The notes: generated by a model from the sequence alone, not told the origin. A stretch of DNA of 64,000 nucleotides from an uncultured Candidatus Saccharibacteria bacterium (GCA_964450805.1 CAYVDD010000001.1:254365-318364), one strand, 5' to 3'. Shown: positions 32,948 through 44,170, numbered from the stretch's first letter. Program-made: numbers and translations.

Positions 32948-33694
32948 ATGGCATCAATAATTATTGAAATTAGAGCAGGAACAGGAGGGAAAGAAGCTGC
33001 GTTATTTGCAGCTGATTTATTTAAAATGTATTCCCGCTATGCTCAAAATCAAGGATGGAAACAAAAAACTCTTGATTCTCAACCTACAGAATTAAACGGT
33101 ATTAAGCAGGTTGTTTTTGAGCTGAAAAACAGCAATGTCTTTGAAAAAATGAAATACGAAGGTGGAGTTCACAGAGTACAGAGAATTCCTAAAACTGAAA
33201 AATCAGGAAGAATACATACTTCAACAGCTACAGTAGCAGTGTTTCCAAAACCAGAAAAAAATGAAATCAATATAAGGGCAGATGAACTGAAAATTGATCA
33301 TTATAGAGCTTCTGGTCCAGGTGGTCAGTATGTTAATAAACGCGAAACAGCAGTGAGAATTACTCACCTGCCAACTGGTATTGTTGTTACTTCTCAAACA
33401 GCAAGAGGACAGCTTCAAAACAAAGAAAATGCTTTAGCAATTCTTCAGGCCAAGATTTTAGAACATGAAGAATTAAAAAACATTGAAAAACTGACAAAAG
33501 AAAGAAGAGCCCAAATAAAATGGGCAAGAAGAGTTGATAAAATAAGAACATATAACTTTCCACAGGACAGAATTACTGATCACAGGATAAAAAAAAGCTG
33601 GCACAAACTTGACAGCATTATGGATGGAAAACTGGAATCCATAATTAAAGCTATGAAAAAATCAGAATCTAAAATTATTTCTCAAGCTCCTTAA
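32948..33694 (+). CDS. prfA: Peptide chain release factor 1 lacking N-terminal domain 1
   Basis: EIRAGTGG.EA, HRVQRIPKTE (PxT), GGQ, IRTYNFPQ.R.TDHR. Confidence 0.92.
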   Translation: MASIIIEIRAGTGGKEAALFAADLFKMYSRYAQNQGWKQKTLDSQPTELNGIKQVVFELKNSNVFEKMKYEGGVHRVQRIPKTEKSGRIHTSTATVAVFPKPEKNEINIRADELKIDHYRASGPGGQYVNKRETAVRITHLPTGIVVTSQTARGQLQNKENALAILQAKILEHEELKNIEKLTKERRAQIKWARRVDKIRTYNFPQDRITDHRIKKSWHKLDSIMDGKLESIIKAMKKSESKIISQAP

Positions 33695-35030
33695 TATCCT
33701 TTTCATACTGAGCAGCAATAGCTAAAACAGACCTTCCATAAAATTCCTCCCACTTTGACCAGCGATATCCTGAAAAATATCTCATCACTGCTTTGAATTC
33801 ATCAGTCTTTGCCCCTAAATCCTTTAGATAAATACCTGAAGCTAAAAAAGCATCTCTAATATCCCAGGGATCAGCTTCCCTGCCAGTAACTGCTTTTACT
33901 TTTTCTCCATAACCATATTTAGGATTACCCCAGGTGTCAGGAATAAACTGGGCAGGTCCCATTGCACCGCCCCACCCAATACTCATTGGACAGGAAACTG
34001 GAGTATTTAAAGGGTCACGTCCAAGTTTTTGACATATTTCAAGAAAATACGGTAAATCACGAGTTGGATTCATTGTTTTAAGCTCTATTTTCCCACTAGT
34101 AACTCTTACTCCCTTGCCAGTTGAAGTATCGGTCAAATAGCACTGGCCAACATTTTTACCTATATTTGACTCCTGAGTTAAAACAGCAAGCACTAATGCT
34201 GGCCTGACACCAGTAACACCTGTCACATATTTTGCAATTTCATAAGCTTCACCAAAAGTAGGAGCTTTGGGAACTCCGATTAATTCAAAAATCCTTGCCC
34301 TAATTTCATTGGCTCTTTTTTCTGTCTCGCTCTTTTCTGTAAGTTGTTTTTGATACTGTTCCTCAGTTAATTTTAAATATTCCTCTTGCTCATCCTTTAA
34401 CTTACTGCTTTCCTGCCTTTGCAGCATTCTTATTTCAACTATTCTTTCTAGATCCATCTTCTCCTCATCTAAAGACTGCTTCTGGTTTTCAAGACTGAAG
34501 CTTAATTCTTTAATATTCATCAATAGCCCACGGCTTTTATTGTTTAAGGATTGAAGAGCTATTAAATCTCCGAAAAAATCAGATAAGGTTTCTTCTGTAA
34601 GAAAAATTTCGAATAAAGATCTTTTATCTTCCTGATAAATTGTTCTTAAAATTACAGAGAGCTGTTTTTTTGATTCTTCCATATTAAGTGATGTTTGTTC
34701 AATCGAACCTTCTGTGTCTTTTATCTGAATGTCAAGACCCTGAATCATTGTATTACTCTGCTGAATCTGGACATTTAAACTTTGAATTTTTTTTCTTAAG
34801 AGATAAATTTCGTTTTGAAGAGTTTTTTTCTCTTTTTCTGTTTTAGTTATGTCATTTTCAATAATTAAAAGCTGGTCTTCCAGCATCCTTAATTCTTCCT
34901 CTAGTGCCTGTCTTTCCTCTTGAGGAGTTTGAGCTAAAACATTATAAGCAAGCCATTCAAAAGCAGGCAAAACAAAGCCTGCTGATAAAATAAAACATAT
35001 TAAAAATTTAATAATTTTCTTATTAGACAT
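33675..35030 (-). CDS. Coiled-coil lytic murein transglycosylase (MltB/SLT-like)
   Basis: Signal peptide, long coiled coil, QESNIG, GAMGPAQFIPDTW, DPW. Confidence 0.85.
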   Translation of the reverse strand: MSNKKIIKFLICFILSAGFVLPAFEWLAYNVLAQTPQEERQALEEELRMLEDQLLIIENDITKTEKEKKTLQNEIYLLRKKIQSLNVQIQQSNTMIQGLDIQIKDTEGSIEQTSLNMEESKKQLSVILRTIYQEDKRSLFEIFLTEETLSDFFGDLIALQSLNNKSRGLLMNIKELSFSLENQKQSLDEEKMDLERIVEIRMLQRQESSKLKDEQEEYLKLTEEQYQKQLTEKSETEKRANEIRARIFELIGVPKAPTFGEAYEIAKYVTGVTGVRPALVLAVLTQESNIGKNVGQCYLTDTSTGKGVRVTSGKIELKTMNPTRDLPYFLEICQKLGRDPLNTPVSCPMSIGWGGAMGPAQFIPDTWGNPKYGYGEKVKAVTGREADPWDIRDAFLASGIYLKDLGAKTDEFKAVMRYFSGYRWSKWEEFYGRSVLAIAAQYEKDIKELEK

Positions 35031-35053
35031 TTTTATAAACATTGTCTGTCAAA

Positions 35054-35734
35054 CTACTTACCTTCTTCTTTTTTCTCTTTTTCTTCTGGAGATTCAGAAA
35101 CAGGAGATTCTTCTTTCTTTTCTTTTTCTTCTTCAATTAGTTCTGGTTCTTTTTCTTCAATTGGTTTTGCAATTTCTTCTTCAATTTTTTCAGGTTCAGA
35201 AACTGTAACTATAATCTCATCAGGATCTTTTAAAATTTTAACCTTAGAAGAAACCTGTAAATCTTTAACTAAAATACTATCTTCAAAAGTTTTCATCTTT
35301 GAAACATCAACTTTAATTTCTCTTGGAAGGTCCTGAGGAAGAGCTTTAACTCCAATATCAGAAATCTTTTTAACCAAAGTACCTCCTTCACTTTTTATTA
35401 TTGGCGCCTCTCCTTCAAAAATCAAAGGAACTGTTGACTCAACTTCTTCTTTTAAGTCAGGCTGGTAAAAATCAACATGAATCGGTTTACTGGTTATGGC
35501 GTCAAATTGTATATCGTGTATTAAAACAAGGAATTTTTCCTTTTGACCATTAACATCAAGGGAAATCAAAGAACTTTCTCCAGCTTCCTCATAAACTTTT
35601 TCAAATTCTTTTAAATCCACCTCTAAATTCAGGTTCTTAACTTTAGAACCATATAAAATAGAAGGTATTTTTCCTTTTACCCTAATTTTTTTTGGATCTT
35701 CTTGTTTTCTTTGTTCTGCTTTTAAGTTAATCAT
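35054..35734 (-). CDS. rplY: 50S ribosomal protein bL25 (long Ctc form)
   Basis: IPSILYG, HVDFY, VPLIFEGE, acidic tail. Confidence 0.92.
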   Translation of the reverse strand: MINLKAEQRKQEDPKKIRVKGKIPSILYGSKVKNLNLEVDLKEFEKVYEEAGESSLISLDVNGQKEKFLVLIHDIQFDAITSKPIHVDFYQPDLKEEVESTVPLIFEGEAPIIKSEGGTLVKKISDIGVKALPQDLPREIKVDVSKMKTFEDSILVKDLQVSSKVKILKDPDEIIVTVSEPEKIEEEIAKPIEEKEPELIEEEKEKKEESPVSESPEEKEKKEEGK

Positions 35735-36590
35735 ATTTATTATCAGAGCCAAAAAGTTTCATTTTCTGTTCAACTACTTTTTGAACTGATTCAATAACTT
35801 CTGGCATTAATTTATATGGTCTAATTTCTTCGGGTTTTCCTTTAAGCACTTGTTTTAAAGTGTTAGTATAAGCTAATCTTAATTCAGTATTAACATTTAT
35901 TTTAACAATCCCCTGGTTAATAATGTTTTTAATATCTTCTTTGGCTACACCTGAGCCGCCGTGAAGCACTAAAAACTTTTCCAAAGCTTTTTCATTTATT
36001 TGTTTTAATCTGTTGATATCAATAACTGGATTTTTACCTGAAGCTTCTATTCCATGAAAACTACCTATGTTTACTGCCAGACTATCAACCTCTGTTTCTT
36101 TTATAAATTCTGAAGCTTGATCTGGATCTGTTAAATTCTCTTCTATTATCTCAGGAAATTTTTCAAGAACCTTTGAAGTTCCAGCTATAGTATTAATTTC
36201 TCCTTCAACTAAAACGCCTTTTTTATGGGCGTATTGTACAATTTCTTTTGAAACTTTAATGTTTTTTTGTAAATCAAGGTTTGAACCATCAAAATGAACC
36301 AGGTCATAACCAGCATCTATTGCTTCTTTAATATAATCAAATGATTTAGCGTGGTCAAGGTTTAAGAAAAGAGCAAGCTTTTCATATTCACGATATGAAC
36401 TAATCAGAGCCACAGCCTGCTTTAAACCAGTATAACTGCTCTCTCCTTCAGAAGTGCCTAAAATTACAGGTGAATTAAGTTTTTCAGCAGCAGAAATTAT
36501 GGCTTTAAGCTGTTCTAGAGTTGAAAAATTAAACTGACCAACAGCCCAATTCTCTTTTTTAGCTTTTTGAAAATAGTCTTTGATTTTCAT
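35727..36590 (-). CDS. fba: Class II fructose-bisphosphate aldolase
   Basis: LNLDH, DGS, VEGE, IGSFHG, VLHGGSG, KINVNT. Confidence 0.93.
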   Translation of the reverse strand: MKIKDYFQKAKKENWAVGQFNFSTLEQLKAIISAAEKLNSPVILGTSEGESSYTGLKQAVALISSYREYEKLALFLNLDHAKSFDYIKEAIDAGYDLVHFDGSNLDLQKNIKVSKEIVQYAHKKGVLVEGEINTIAGTSKVLEKFPEIIEENLTDPDQASEFIKETEVDSLAVNIGSFHGIEASGKNPVIDINRLKQINEKALEKFLVLHGGSGVAKEDIKNIINQGIVKINVNTELRLAYTNTLKQVLKGKPEEIRPYKLMPEVIESVQKVVEQKMKLFGSDNKYD

Positions 36591-37546
36591 AGTTTTTGTT
36601 TTTTTACTCTAACCTTTTTCCACTTCTGACCTTTTTTTAAAATTCCATCTTTTGCCCCCCACTCCTTAATATTGGCAGTTGAATTAGCCATAGCAAACTG
36701 AATTGCTGAAACTATGTCATTGTTTTTAATATAGTCAACAACAAAACCAGAACCAAATGAGTCCCCTGCTCCAGTAGCATCAACAAGCTTTACTTTTAAA
36801 ATAGGAGCATTGTAAAGAAACTTTCCATCAGAAACTGTTGCTCCTTGCTTTCCTTTAGTCATAATACAGATTCCATCTACCAACCTATCAAGCTCCCTGA
36901 AAACAGCTCTTTCTTTTTGAAAAGAAATCTTGGTTAGAAAACCTGATTCCTCTTGATTGAGAATTAAAATATCTACTTTTTTTAATGCTTTTTTAATATC
37001 AACTGATTTTAACTGATATTTGCTTGGGTTAAAAGCAGTTTTAATTCTCTTCTTCTTGGCAAAATCAATGATTTTTAAAAAATCTCCAGCTAATTTTCCT
37101 GACAAAGGAGCTAAATAAAACCATTTTGTTTTTAAGTCTTCAAAAGGAATGTCTTTAACAGACAACAGTTTTGATGCACCTCTATAAGGTAAAATTACTT
37201 TTCCCTTGCTACCGCTGAAGATAACAGACATTCCTGTCAGCTCTTTGTCTGTTTTAAAAACAAATCTTTTATCAATATTAAATCTGTTTAAGTCTTCTAA
37301 AACAATTTTTCCAGCAAAATCTTTGCCTATCATTCCGCAAAAAGCAGTTTTAAGTCCTTGACTGGCAAAAGTAGCAGCTGAATTAGTACCTCCACCGCCA
37401 GAATAAAAAAATATCTTCTCACCTTCCAGCTTTTCTTCCAAAGGTAGAAATATCCCCTTTCTTTTATTCTTTGAAGAAATACCTAACTTATTATAACTAA
37501 CAAAAACATCTAATGTTGCTGAACCAAATGTTATGACATCAAACAT
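36587..37546 (-). CDS. PfkB-family carbohydrate kinase
   Basis: GGGGTNSA, N..E, DATGAGDSF. Confidence 0.9.
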   Translation of the reverse strand: MFDVITFGSATLDVFVSYNKLGISSKNKRKGIFLPLEEKLEGEKIFFYSGGGGTNSAATFASQGLKTAFCGMIGKDFAGKIVLEDLNRFNIDKRFVFKTDKELTGMSVIFSGSKGKVILPYRGASKLLSVKDIPFEDLKTKWFYLAPLSGKLAGDFLKIIDFAKKKRIKTAFNPSKYQLKSVDIKKALKKVDILILNQEESGFLTKISFQKERAVFRELDRLVDGICIMTKGKQGATVSDGKFLYNAPILKVKLVDATGAGDSFGSGFVVDYIKNNDIVSAIQFAMANSTANIKEWGAKDGILKKGQKWKKVRVKKQKL

Positions 37547-37548
37547 AA

Positions 37549-39915
37549 TTATTTTTTCTTTTTAGATAAGTTAATTATTGTTTTAATTACACTGTCAGGA
37601 TTTAAAGATATTGCGTTAATTTTTTCTTTTATTAAGAATTCTGCGAAATCCACAAAATAACTTGGAGCCTCACCACAGATTCCCACGTATTTATTTCTTT
37701 TTTTACACACTCCTATCACATCAGCTATCATTTTTTTAACTGCTCTGTCTCTTTCATCAGATATATATGCTATTTTAGCATTATCTCTGTCCATTCCCAG
37801 CATCAGCTGGGTCAGGTCATTTGAACCAATACTCATGCCATCAAAAATATCTAAAAACTGATCTGCTAAAATTACATTTGAAGGAATCTCGCACATTACA
37901 ATAACTTTAAGACCGTTTTTTCCTTTTTTAAGACCATTTTCATCCATTAAGTCCAGTACTTTCTGGCCCTCATCAACAGTTCTGCAGAACGGAACCATTA
38001 CCCAGATGTTTTTCAACCCAAAAACATCCCTTGCTTTTTTAATTGCTAAACATTCCATTTTAAAAGCTGGCTTAAAACTTTTATCAGAATATCTTGAAGC
38101 ACCCCTAAAACCTAACATTGGATTAGATTCTTTTCCTTCAAAAAACTCACCACCTATTAAACTTGCATATTCATTAGTTTTAAAATCAGATAATCTGACA
38201 ATTACATCTTTAGGATAAAAAGCAGCTGCAATCTGAGAAATTCCTTCAGCCAGCTTGTCAATAAAATATTGTTTTTTATCCTTATAGCCAACAGTGATTT
38301 CTTCAATCTCAGACTTTACTTTCCTGTTTTTCAAGTTTTTAAAATGATAAAGCGCTAAAGGATGAATCCTTATTTTCTCAGCAATAATAAATTCTTCTCT
38401 TGCCAGCCCTACTCCATCAACAGGCAGAAATGATTTTTTAAAAGCAATTTCAGGCGCTCCTAAATTCAAACTAATACTAACTGGCAGTTTTGGAATCTTT
38501 TTTAAATTATATTTCTTAACTTTAAAAGAAACTATTCCTTTAAAAATTTTACCTTTGGTGCAATCAACAGTTACATTTTGTCCTGTTTTAAGAATTCTGG
38601 TTGCTTTTTTTGTTCCAACAATACATGGAACGCCCAGTTCTCTTGAAACAATAGCAGCATGAGCAGTTTTTCCTCCTTCATCAGTAATAATTGCTGAAGC
38701 AATCCTCATAATAGGAACCCAGTCAGGATCAGTCATTTTTGTTACCAATACTTCTCCTTTTTTAAAATCATTTAACTTAGCAATAGTGGAAATCACCCTT
38801 ACTTTTCCCTGACCAACCTTATCACCAACAGCAATGCCAGTTAAAATAGGTCTTTTCTTGCTGTTCAGTTTGTATTCTTTGTAAAATGTCTGGTTTCTTA
38901 CAGCATGAACTGTCTCAGGCCTGGATTGAACAATAAACAACTCATTAGTAATGCCATCTTTTGCCCACTCAATATCTTGCGGGAATTTATAATGTTCTTC
39001 AATTTTTAAAGCCCAATCAGTTAAAGTTAAAATCTCTTCATCAGTTAATGAAAACTTTTTTTGATCAGCAGCGCTTACTTTTGTTTCTTTCAAACCACCT
39101 TTGCTGTTATAAACATATTTCCTTGTTTTTCTGCCCAGCTCTTTGACAATAATTGACTCATATCCTTTTTTAAAAGTAGGTTTAAATACATAAAACTCAT
39201 CAGGAATTATTTTTCCCTTAACAATTAATTCTCCTACTCCAAAAATAGAATTAATCAAAACAACATCCCTAAACCCGCTTTCTGTATCAATTGTAAATAT
39301 TACTCCTGATGATCCTAGATCAGATCTTACCATTTTCTGAATCCCAACAGACAAAGCAATCTTTAAATGATTAAAACCTTTTTCTTCCCTGTAAGATATA
39401 CCTCTATCAGTAAACAAAGATGCCATGCATTTTTTAATGGCATTTAAAAGTTCTTTTTCACCTTTAATATTTAAATAAGTTTCCATCTGTCCTGCGAAAC
39501 TAGCTGTTTTTAAATCTTCAGCAGTTGCAGATGATCTTACAGCAACATCAGTATTATCAGCAGAATATTCTTTTGATAATAACTTATAGTTTTTAATAAT
39601 CTGATTCTCTAAATCTTTTGGAAACTTACCTTTAAAAATTAACTGGCGCGCTAAGATTCCTGTTTTTTTCAAGCTTGTTAAACTTTTAGGATTGAAATTT
39701 TTAAAAATTTCTTTTAATTTTTTATCAATTCCATTTTCTTTTAAAAAATACCAATAAGCATTGGAGGTTAAAGCAAAGCCATTAGGAATGTTTACCCCTT
39801 TTCTGCTGAGCTTAGAGAACATTTCGCTTAAAGATGAATTTTTCCCACCAACCAACTTACTGTCTCCTTTTGAAACATTTTTAAACCAAAGGATGAATTT
39901 TTTAGGTTTTGCCAT
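37549..39915 (-). CDS. ppsA: Phosphoenolpyruvate synthase
   Basis: VGGKN, VRSSATAED, QSRPET, GG.TAHAAIVSRE, SIGSNDLTQ. Confidence 0.96.
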   Translation of the reverse strand: MAKPKKFILWFKNVSKGDSKLVGGKNSSLSEMFSKLSRKGVNIPNGFALTSNAYWYFLKENGIDKKLKEIFKNFNPKSLTSLKKTGILARQLIFKGKFPKDLENQIIKNYKLLSKEYSADNTDVAVRSSATAEDLKTASFAGQMETYLNIKGEKELLNAIKKCMASLFTDRGISYREEKGFNHLKIALSVGIQKMVRSDLGSSGVIFTIDTESGFRDVVLINSIFGVGELIVKGKIIPDEFYVFKPTFKKGYESIIVKELGRKTRKYVYNSKGGLKETKVSAADQKKFSLTDEEILTLTDWALKIEEHYKFPQDIEWAKDGITNELFIVQSRPETVHAVRNQTFYKEYKLNSKKRPILTGIAVGDKVGQGKVRVISTIAKLNDFKKGEVLVTKMTDPDWVPIMRIASAIITDEGGKTAHAAIVSRELGVPCIVGTKKATRILKTGQNVTVDCTKGKIFKGIVSFKVKKYNLKKIPKLPVSISLNLGAPEIAFKKSFLPVDGVGLAREEFIIAEKIRIHPLALYHFKNLKNRKVKSEIEEITVGYKDKKQYFIDKLAEGISQIAAAFYPKDVIVRLSDFKTNEYASLIGGEFFEGKESNPMLGFRGASRYSDKSFKPAFKMECLAIKKARDVFGLKNIWVMVPFCRTVDEGQKVLDLMDENGLKKGKNGLKVIVMCEIPSNVILADQFLDIFDGMSIGSNDLTQLMLGMDRDNAKIAYISDERDRAVKKMIADVIGVCKKRNKYVGICGEAPSYFVDFAEFLIKEKINAISLNPDSVIKTIINLSKKKK

Positions 39916-39917
39916 AA

Positions 39918-41831
39918 TTATTGTTTAATTATTTTTTTAACTTCTTTAACGCTTTCTGGATTGGCTAAAGTTGATAGATCGCCCAAAGGCTCTTTTGTGA
40001 ATAATCTTTTTAAAATCCTTCTCATTATTTTACCTGACCTTGTTTTAGGCAGATCACTAGCTAAATAAATCTTTTTAGGCAGAGCAATTGGCCCAATCTT
40101 TTCCCTGATTTCTAAAATTAGTTCTTTTTCTAATTTTACTGCTGAAACTTTACTTTTAGGAACAATAAAAGCAACAGGCAGTTCTCCTTTAATTTTATCA
40201 GGAATGCCAACAATAGCACATTCTGCAACATATTCATGTTTTGATAAAACATTTTCAAGTTCTCCGGTTGTAATCCTGTGGCCTGACACTTTAATTACAT
40301 CATCAACCCTTCCAACAATTCTAATCAAGCCATTTTTATCTTTATAAGCTGCATCTGAAGTAAAATAAATTTTATCCCCATATTCACTCCAATATGTTTT
40401 TTTATACTTCTCCGGGTTTTTATACACCATTCTTAGTAATCCTGGGGCAAAAGGAGGAAGTAAAACTAAATTTCCTTTTTTATTTGTTTTTACTGATTTC
40501 CCTTTATCATCTAAAATATCAAATTTAAATCCTGGAAAAGCAAGTCCTGTATAAGCTGGTTTAAAGGGACCTATACCGGGCAAAGAAGTAATTAAAATTC
40601 CTCCTGTTTCTGTCTGCCACCAGGTATCAACTAAAGGACACTTGTTTCTTCCAACCTCTCTAAAAAACCAATTCCAGGAATGCTCATCAATTGGCTCGCC
40701 CACTGAAGCAAGCAGCCTTAAGGTTTTGAATTTAGTTCTGGAAAGTTTATCGCACTGTTTTTTAAACATTCTCACTGCAGTGGGGGCAGTGTAAAAAATA
40801 GTCACACCATGTTTTTTAATGATATCTGCCCATCTATCAACATCTGGCCAATTAGGAGCGCCTTCAAACATCAGGAAAGTGGCTCCATTAAGCAGGGGCG
40901 AGTAAACTGTGTAAGTGTGTCCAGTAATCCAGCCAGCATCAGCTGTTGACCAGAAAATATCTTCATCATGTAAATCAAAAATCCATTTTCCAGTAATATA
41001 TGCCTGAACTGTATAACCACCGCAAATATGAACACAACCCTTAGGTTTACCAGTTGAACCACTGGTGTAGAGTATAAACTGAGTATCTTCACTGTTCATT
41101 CTCTCTGGACTGCACTCATCTTTTTCATTTTCAATCAATTCATGCCACCACAAATCCCTGTCTTTCTTAAAAGAAACCTTATTCTCAGCTCTTTTTACCA
41201 CTATTACTTTTTTTACTTTTGTATTTTTTAAAGATTTATCAGTATTTTTTTTCAAATCAATAATTTTTCCTCTTCTAAAATATCCATCAGCAGTGATTAA
41301 AATCTTAGCCTCAGTGTCCTGTAATCTAATATTTAAAGCAGTTGAAGAAAAAGCAGAAAAAACAACAGCATGGACTGCTCCAATCCTGGCGCAAGCTAAC
41401 ATTGCAATTACAACTTCAGGAATCATGGGCAGATAAATACCAATTCTATCCCCTTTTTTAACTCCTAATTTTTTTAAAGCATTAGCAAGCTTATTAACTT
41501 CTTTGTATAAATCATAATAAGTTAAGAATTTTGTTTCCTGGTCAATTGCTTCTGGCTCCCAAATCAAAGCAACCTTATTTTTCCTGGTTTCAAGGTTTTT
41601 ATCCAAAGCATTATATGTAATATTTAATTTCCCACCCTCAAACCACTTAAAATATGGAGCATGATGAGAAAATGTTTTTTTTGGTTCTTTAAACCAGTCA
41701 ATATCTTTAGCCAATTCTTCCCAGAATTTAACTGGGTCCTTATCAGCTTTTTTATAAATTGAACTATCATTAATCCAAGCCTTGTCTCTGAAAGTTTTGC
41801 TGGGATAATACAAGTTATCTTTTTTAATCAT
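39918..41831 (-). CDS. acs: Acetyl-CoA synthetase (AMP-forming)
   Basis: [36 protein letters not shown]; start moved to MIKKD because a hairpin and -10 lie in the longer ORF's 5' end. Confidence 0.95.
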   Translation of the reverse strand: MIKKDNLYYPSKTFRDKAWINDSSIYKKADKDPVKFWEELAKDIDWFKEPKKTFSHHAPYFKWFEGGKLNITYNALDKNLETRKNKVALIWEPEAIDQETKFLTYYDLYKEVNKLANALKKLGVKKGDRIGIYLPMIPEVVIAMLACARIGAVHAVVFSAFSSTALNIRLQDTEAKILITADGYFRRGKIIDLKKNTDKSLKNTKVKKVIVVKRAENKVSFKKDRDLWWHELIENEKDECSPERMNSEDTQFILYTSGSTGKPKGCVHICGGYTVQAYITGKWIFDLHDEDIFWSTADAGWITGHTYTVYSPLLNGATFLMFEGAPNWPDVDRWADIIKKHGVTIFYTAPTAVRMFKKQCDKLSRTKFKTLRLLASVGEPIDEHSWNWFFREVGRNKCPLVDTWWQTETGGILITSLPGIGPFKPAYTGLAFPGFKFDILDDKGKSVKTNKKGNLVLLPPFAPGLLRMVYKNPEKYKKTYWSEYGDKIYFTSDAAYKDKNGLIRIVGRVDDVIKVSGHRITTGELENVLSKHEYVAECAIVGIPDKIKGELPVAFIVPKSKVSAVKLEKELILEIREKIGPIALPKKIYLASDLPKTRSGKIMRRILKRLFTKEPLGDLSTLANPESVKEVKKIIKQ

Positions 41832-41889
41832 ATATTCTATTCTACCAAAAAATCGCCTTGTGGGCGATTCTTTTATTCTCAACTAATAA

Positions 41890-42912
41890 TTATATTTTCT
41901 TTCCAATAAACTCAGTAAACTCAGCCAATCTTGACGCATAACCATACTCATTATCATACCAGGCAGTGATTTTAACTAAATTATCTTTTGCTTTTGTTAA
42001 AGGTGAATCAATAATTGCTGAAAAAGAATTTCCGATATAATCAGTTGAAACCAAAGGAGCATCCTCTACCCCTAAAATGCTTTTTAATTCCTTTGCCTGA
42101 GATGCTTTTTTGAAAACATAATTTACTTCCTGAGCAGTTGTTTTCTTTTCAAGCTCACAAATCAAATCCACAATAGAAACAATTGAGGTCGGCACTCTTA
42201 AAGCTATTCCGTCTAATTTACCGTTAAGCTCTGGAATAACTCTACCTATTGCTTTTGCTGCACCGGTAGTAGTAGGAATAATATTTAATGCTGCTGCTCT
42301 TGCTCTTCTTAAATCTTTATGAGGCAAATCCATAAGCCTTTGGTCAGCAGTATAAGAATGAATAGTTGTCATAAAACCTTTTACAATCTTGAAATTGTCA
42401 TTTAAAACCTTGGAAATAGGAGCTAGACAATTAGTAGTGCACGACGCCATATCAACAATGTCGTGTTTTTTAACATCATATTTATCCTCATTTACTCCTA
42501 ATACAAAGGAAGAAATCTTATCAGCTGATTTGCAAGGAGCAGAAATTATTACTTTTTTAGCCCCAGCTTGTAAATGCTTTTTCGCATTTTCATAATCTCT
42601 AAAAATACCTGTACATTCTAAAACTATATCAACACCTAATTCTTTCCAGGGCAATTTTAACGGATCTTTTTCACTCAAAACTTTAATATTAACACCTTCT
42701 GACTTTCCATTTATCAAAAGCTCACTGTCTATTGCTTTAGCAGTTTTTTTGTAAATCCCGTAAATGCTGTCATATCTTAAAAGATGAGATAATATATTGG
42801 CGTCTGTTAAATCATTAACAGCAACCACCTTTAAATTAGAATGATTTTCTAAAATTTTTTTAAAAACACCCCGCCCGATTCTTCCAAAACCATTTATAGC
42901 TACTTTAGTCAT
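41890..42912 (-). CDS. gap: Glyceraldehyde-3-phosphate dehydrogenase
   Basis: INGFGRIGR, ASCTTNCL, WYDNE. Confidence 0.97.
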   Translation of the reverse strand: MTKVAINGFGRIGRGVFKKILENHSNLKVVAVNDLTDANILSHLLRYDSIYGIYKKTAKAIDSELLINGKSEGVNIKVLSEKDPLKLPWKELGVDIVLECTGIFRDYENAKKHLQAGAKKVIISAPCKSADKISSFVLGVNEDKYDVKKHDIVDMASCTTNCLAPISKVLNDNFKIVKGFMTTIHSYTADQRLMDLPHKDLRRARAAALNIIPTTTGAAKAIGRVIPELNGKLDGIALRVPTSIVSIVDLICELEKKTTAQEVNYVFKKASQAKELKSILGVEDAPLVSTDYIGNSFSAIIDSPLTKAKDNLVKITAWYDNEYGYASRLAEFTEFIGKKI

Positions 42913-42936
42913 AAAATATATAACAATATAATTAAT

Positions 42937-43176
42937 TTAATCTCTTATTCCTAAGAGTTCTGAGATTTTTTTCTTGTCAAAACCAACTACAATCTCATTG
43001 TCAATTTCTATAACCGGCACGCCCATTTGTTTTGTTTTTTCAATCATTTCCCTTCTTGCTTCTTCGTTTTCAGAAACATCCAAATTTTCAAACTCAATTT
43101 TATTATCGTTTAAAAACTGTTTTAAAATAACGCAATAAGGACAAGCCTTTGTAGAAAAAACTTTTACTTTTGCCAT
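42937..43176 (-). CDS. Glutaredoxin-like (NrdH/YruB) protein
   Basis: CPYC, GVPV, GFD. Confidence 0.9.
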   Translation of the reverse strand: MAKVKVFSTKACPYCVILKQFLNDNKIEFENLDVSENEEARREMIEKTKQMGVPVIEIDNEIVVGFDKKKISELLGIRD

Positions 43177-43201
43177 TTTAAAGTTTTTTTCTTTTTGTTA
43201 T

Positions 43202-44170
43202 TTATTGTTCGCAACCTTGATTATTAGAGGCTCCGCTTTCCATTCCAAAGCCAGAAGTATATGCAACGTCAGATAAAGTTTGAGAACACTCTTCTGGTGG
43301 AGAAATAAAAGCCTCGCACACAACCTGTTTAAATACTTCTGGCGAACGAGAACCTATCTCAACTATTTTATCATTAATAACAATAGTTGGAGAGCCTTTA
43401 ACTCCATAAGTCTGGTTTAAAGAAGTATGAACATCAAACTTAGGGTATGTTCCGTTCAGCCAGGTATTTTTATCCTGATACTGAGCATAAACATCAAATT
43501 CTTTATCTGTGCTTTCAACACAAGCATTAAGCATAGTTTTATTTATGCCAGCCTCTAAAAGACATTTCTCACTGTCGCCATCTTTTACAAAACATAACAA
43601 ATAATCATCATACTTTTCATTCTCTTGTTTTTGAATACAGTACTGTGTTAAATTTTCATCAATTTCCTGCTTTTCGTGCATTATATAATCAACAAAGTAA
43701 ACACCCATATCAGCTTTAGTTCCTAATAAATCATAAACCGGTAAAAACATTTTTTGGGCTTGAAGGCCGAAAGGACAATAAGTCATCACAAAAAGTTTTA
43801 CATCAGGTCTTTCACGTTTTGAAATCTCTTGATTAGACTGCCCCTGTCCCTCTGTTTCAATATCTAATTTATAACCATCAGGAAATAAATATTTTCCATC
43901 CTTGCTTACATAAGACTGATATTCAGTCCCCTGAACATCAACGCGGATTTTATAAACATTTCCTTCTTCAGTAACGTCAATTAAAGAAGCAGTAATTCCC
44001 TGAGACAAGATATTATTATTTATGAAAGCCACTGCTTGCTGAGCTACATCATCAGCTGGCAATTTCCGCTGAAGAGACATATTGTTGCCGAAATACAAAA
44101 AAATGCCCATAACTACAATTAAGGCAAAAGGAGTTAAAAAAATTGATAGATCTTTGAATTCTTTCTCCAT
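43202..44170 (-). CDS. Membrane-anchored thioredoxin-fold (DsbA-like) protein
   Basis: FVMTYCPFG, GVKGSPT, several extra Cys. Confidence 0.7.
   Translation of the reverse strand: MEKEFKDLSIFLTPFALIVVMGIFLYFGNNMSLQRKLPADDVAQQAVAFINNNILSQGITASLIDVTEEGNVYKIRVDVQGTEYQSYVSKDGKYLFPDGYKLDIETEGQGQSNQEISKRERPDVKLFVMTYCPFGLQAQKMFLPVYDLLGTKADMGVYFVDYIMHEKQEIDENLTQYCIQKQENEKYDDYLLCFVKDGDSEKCLLEAGINKTMLNACVESTDKEFDVYAQYQDKNTWLNGTYPKFDVHTSLNQTYGVKGSPTIVINDKIVEIGSRSPEVFKQVVCEAFISPPEECSQTLSDVAYTSGFGMESGASNNQGCEQ

Noticed and set aside
41832-41882. Longer ORF-track starts for acs, Ntn hydrolase, rplY, thiI, rrf2, idi, GGPPS, lepA
   Set aside because: Extensions overlap hairpins, operators or upstream genes; downstream ATGs match family N-termini
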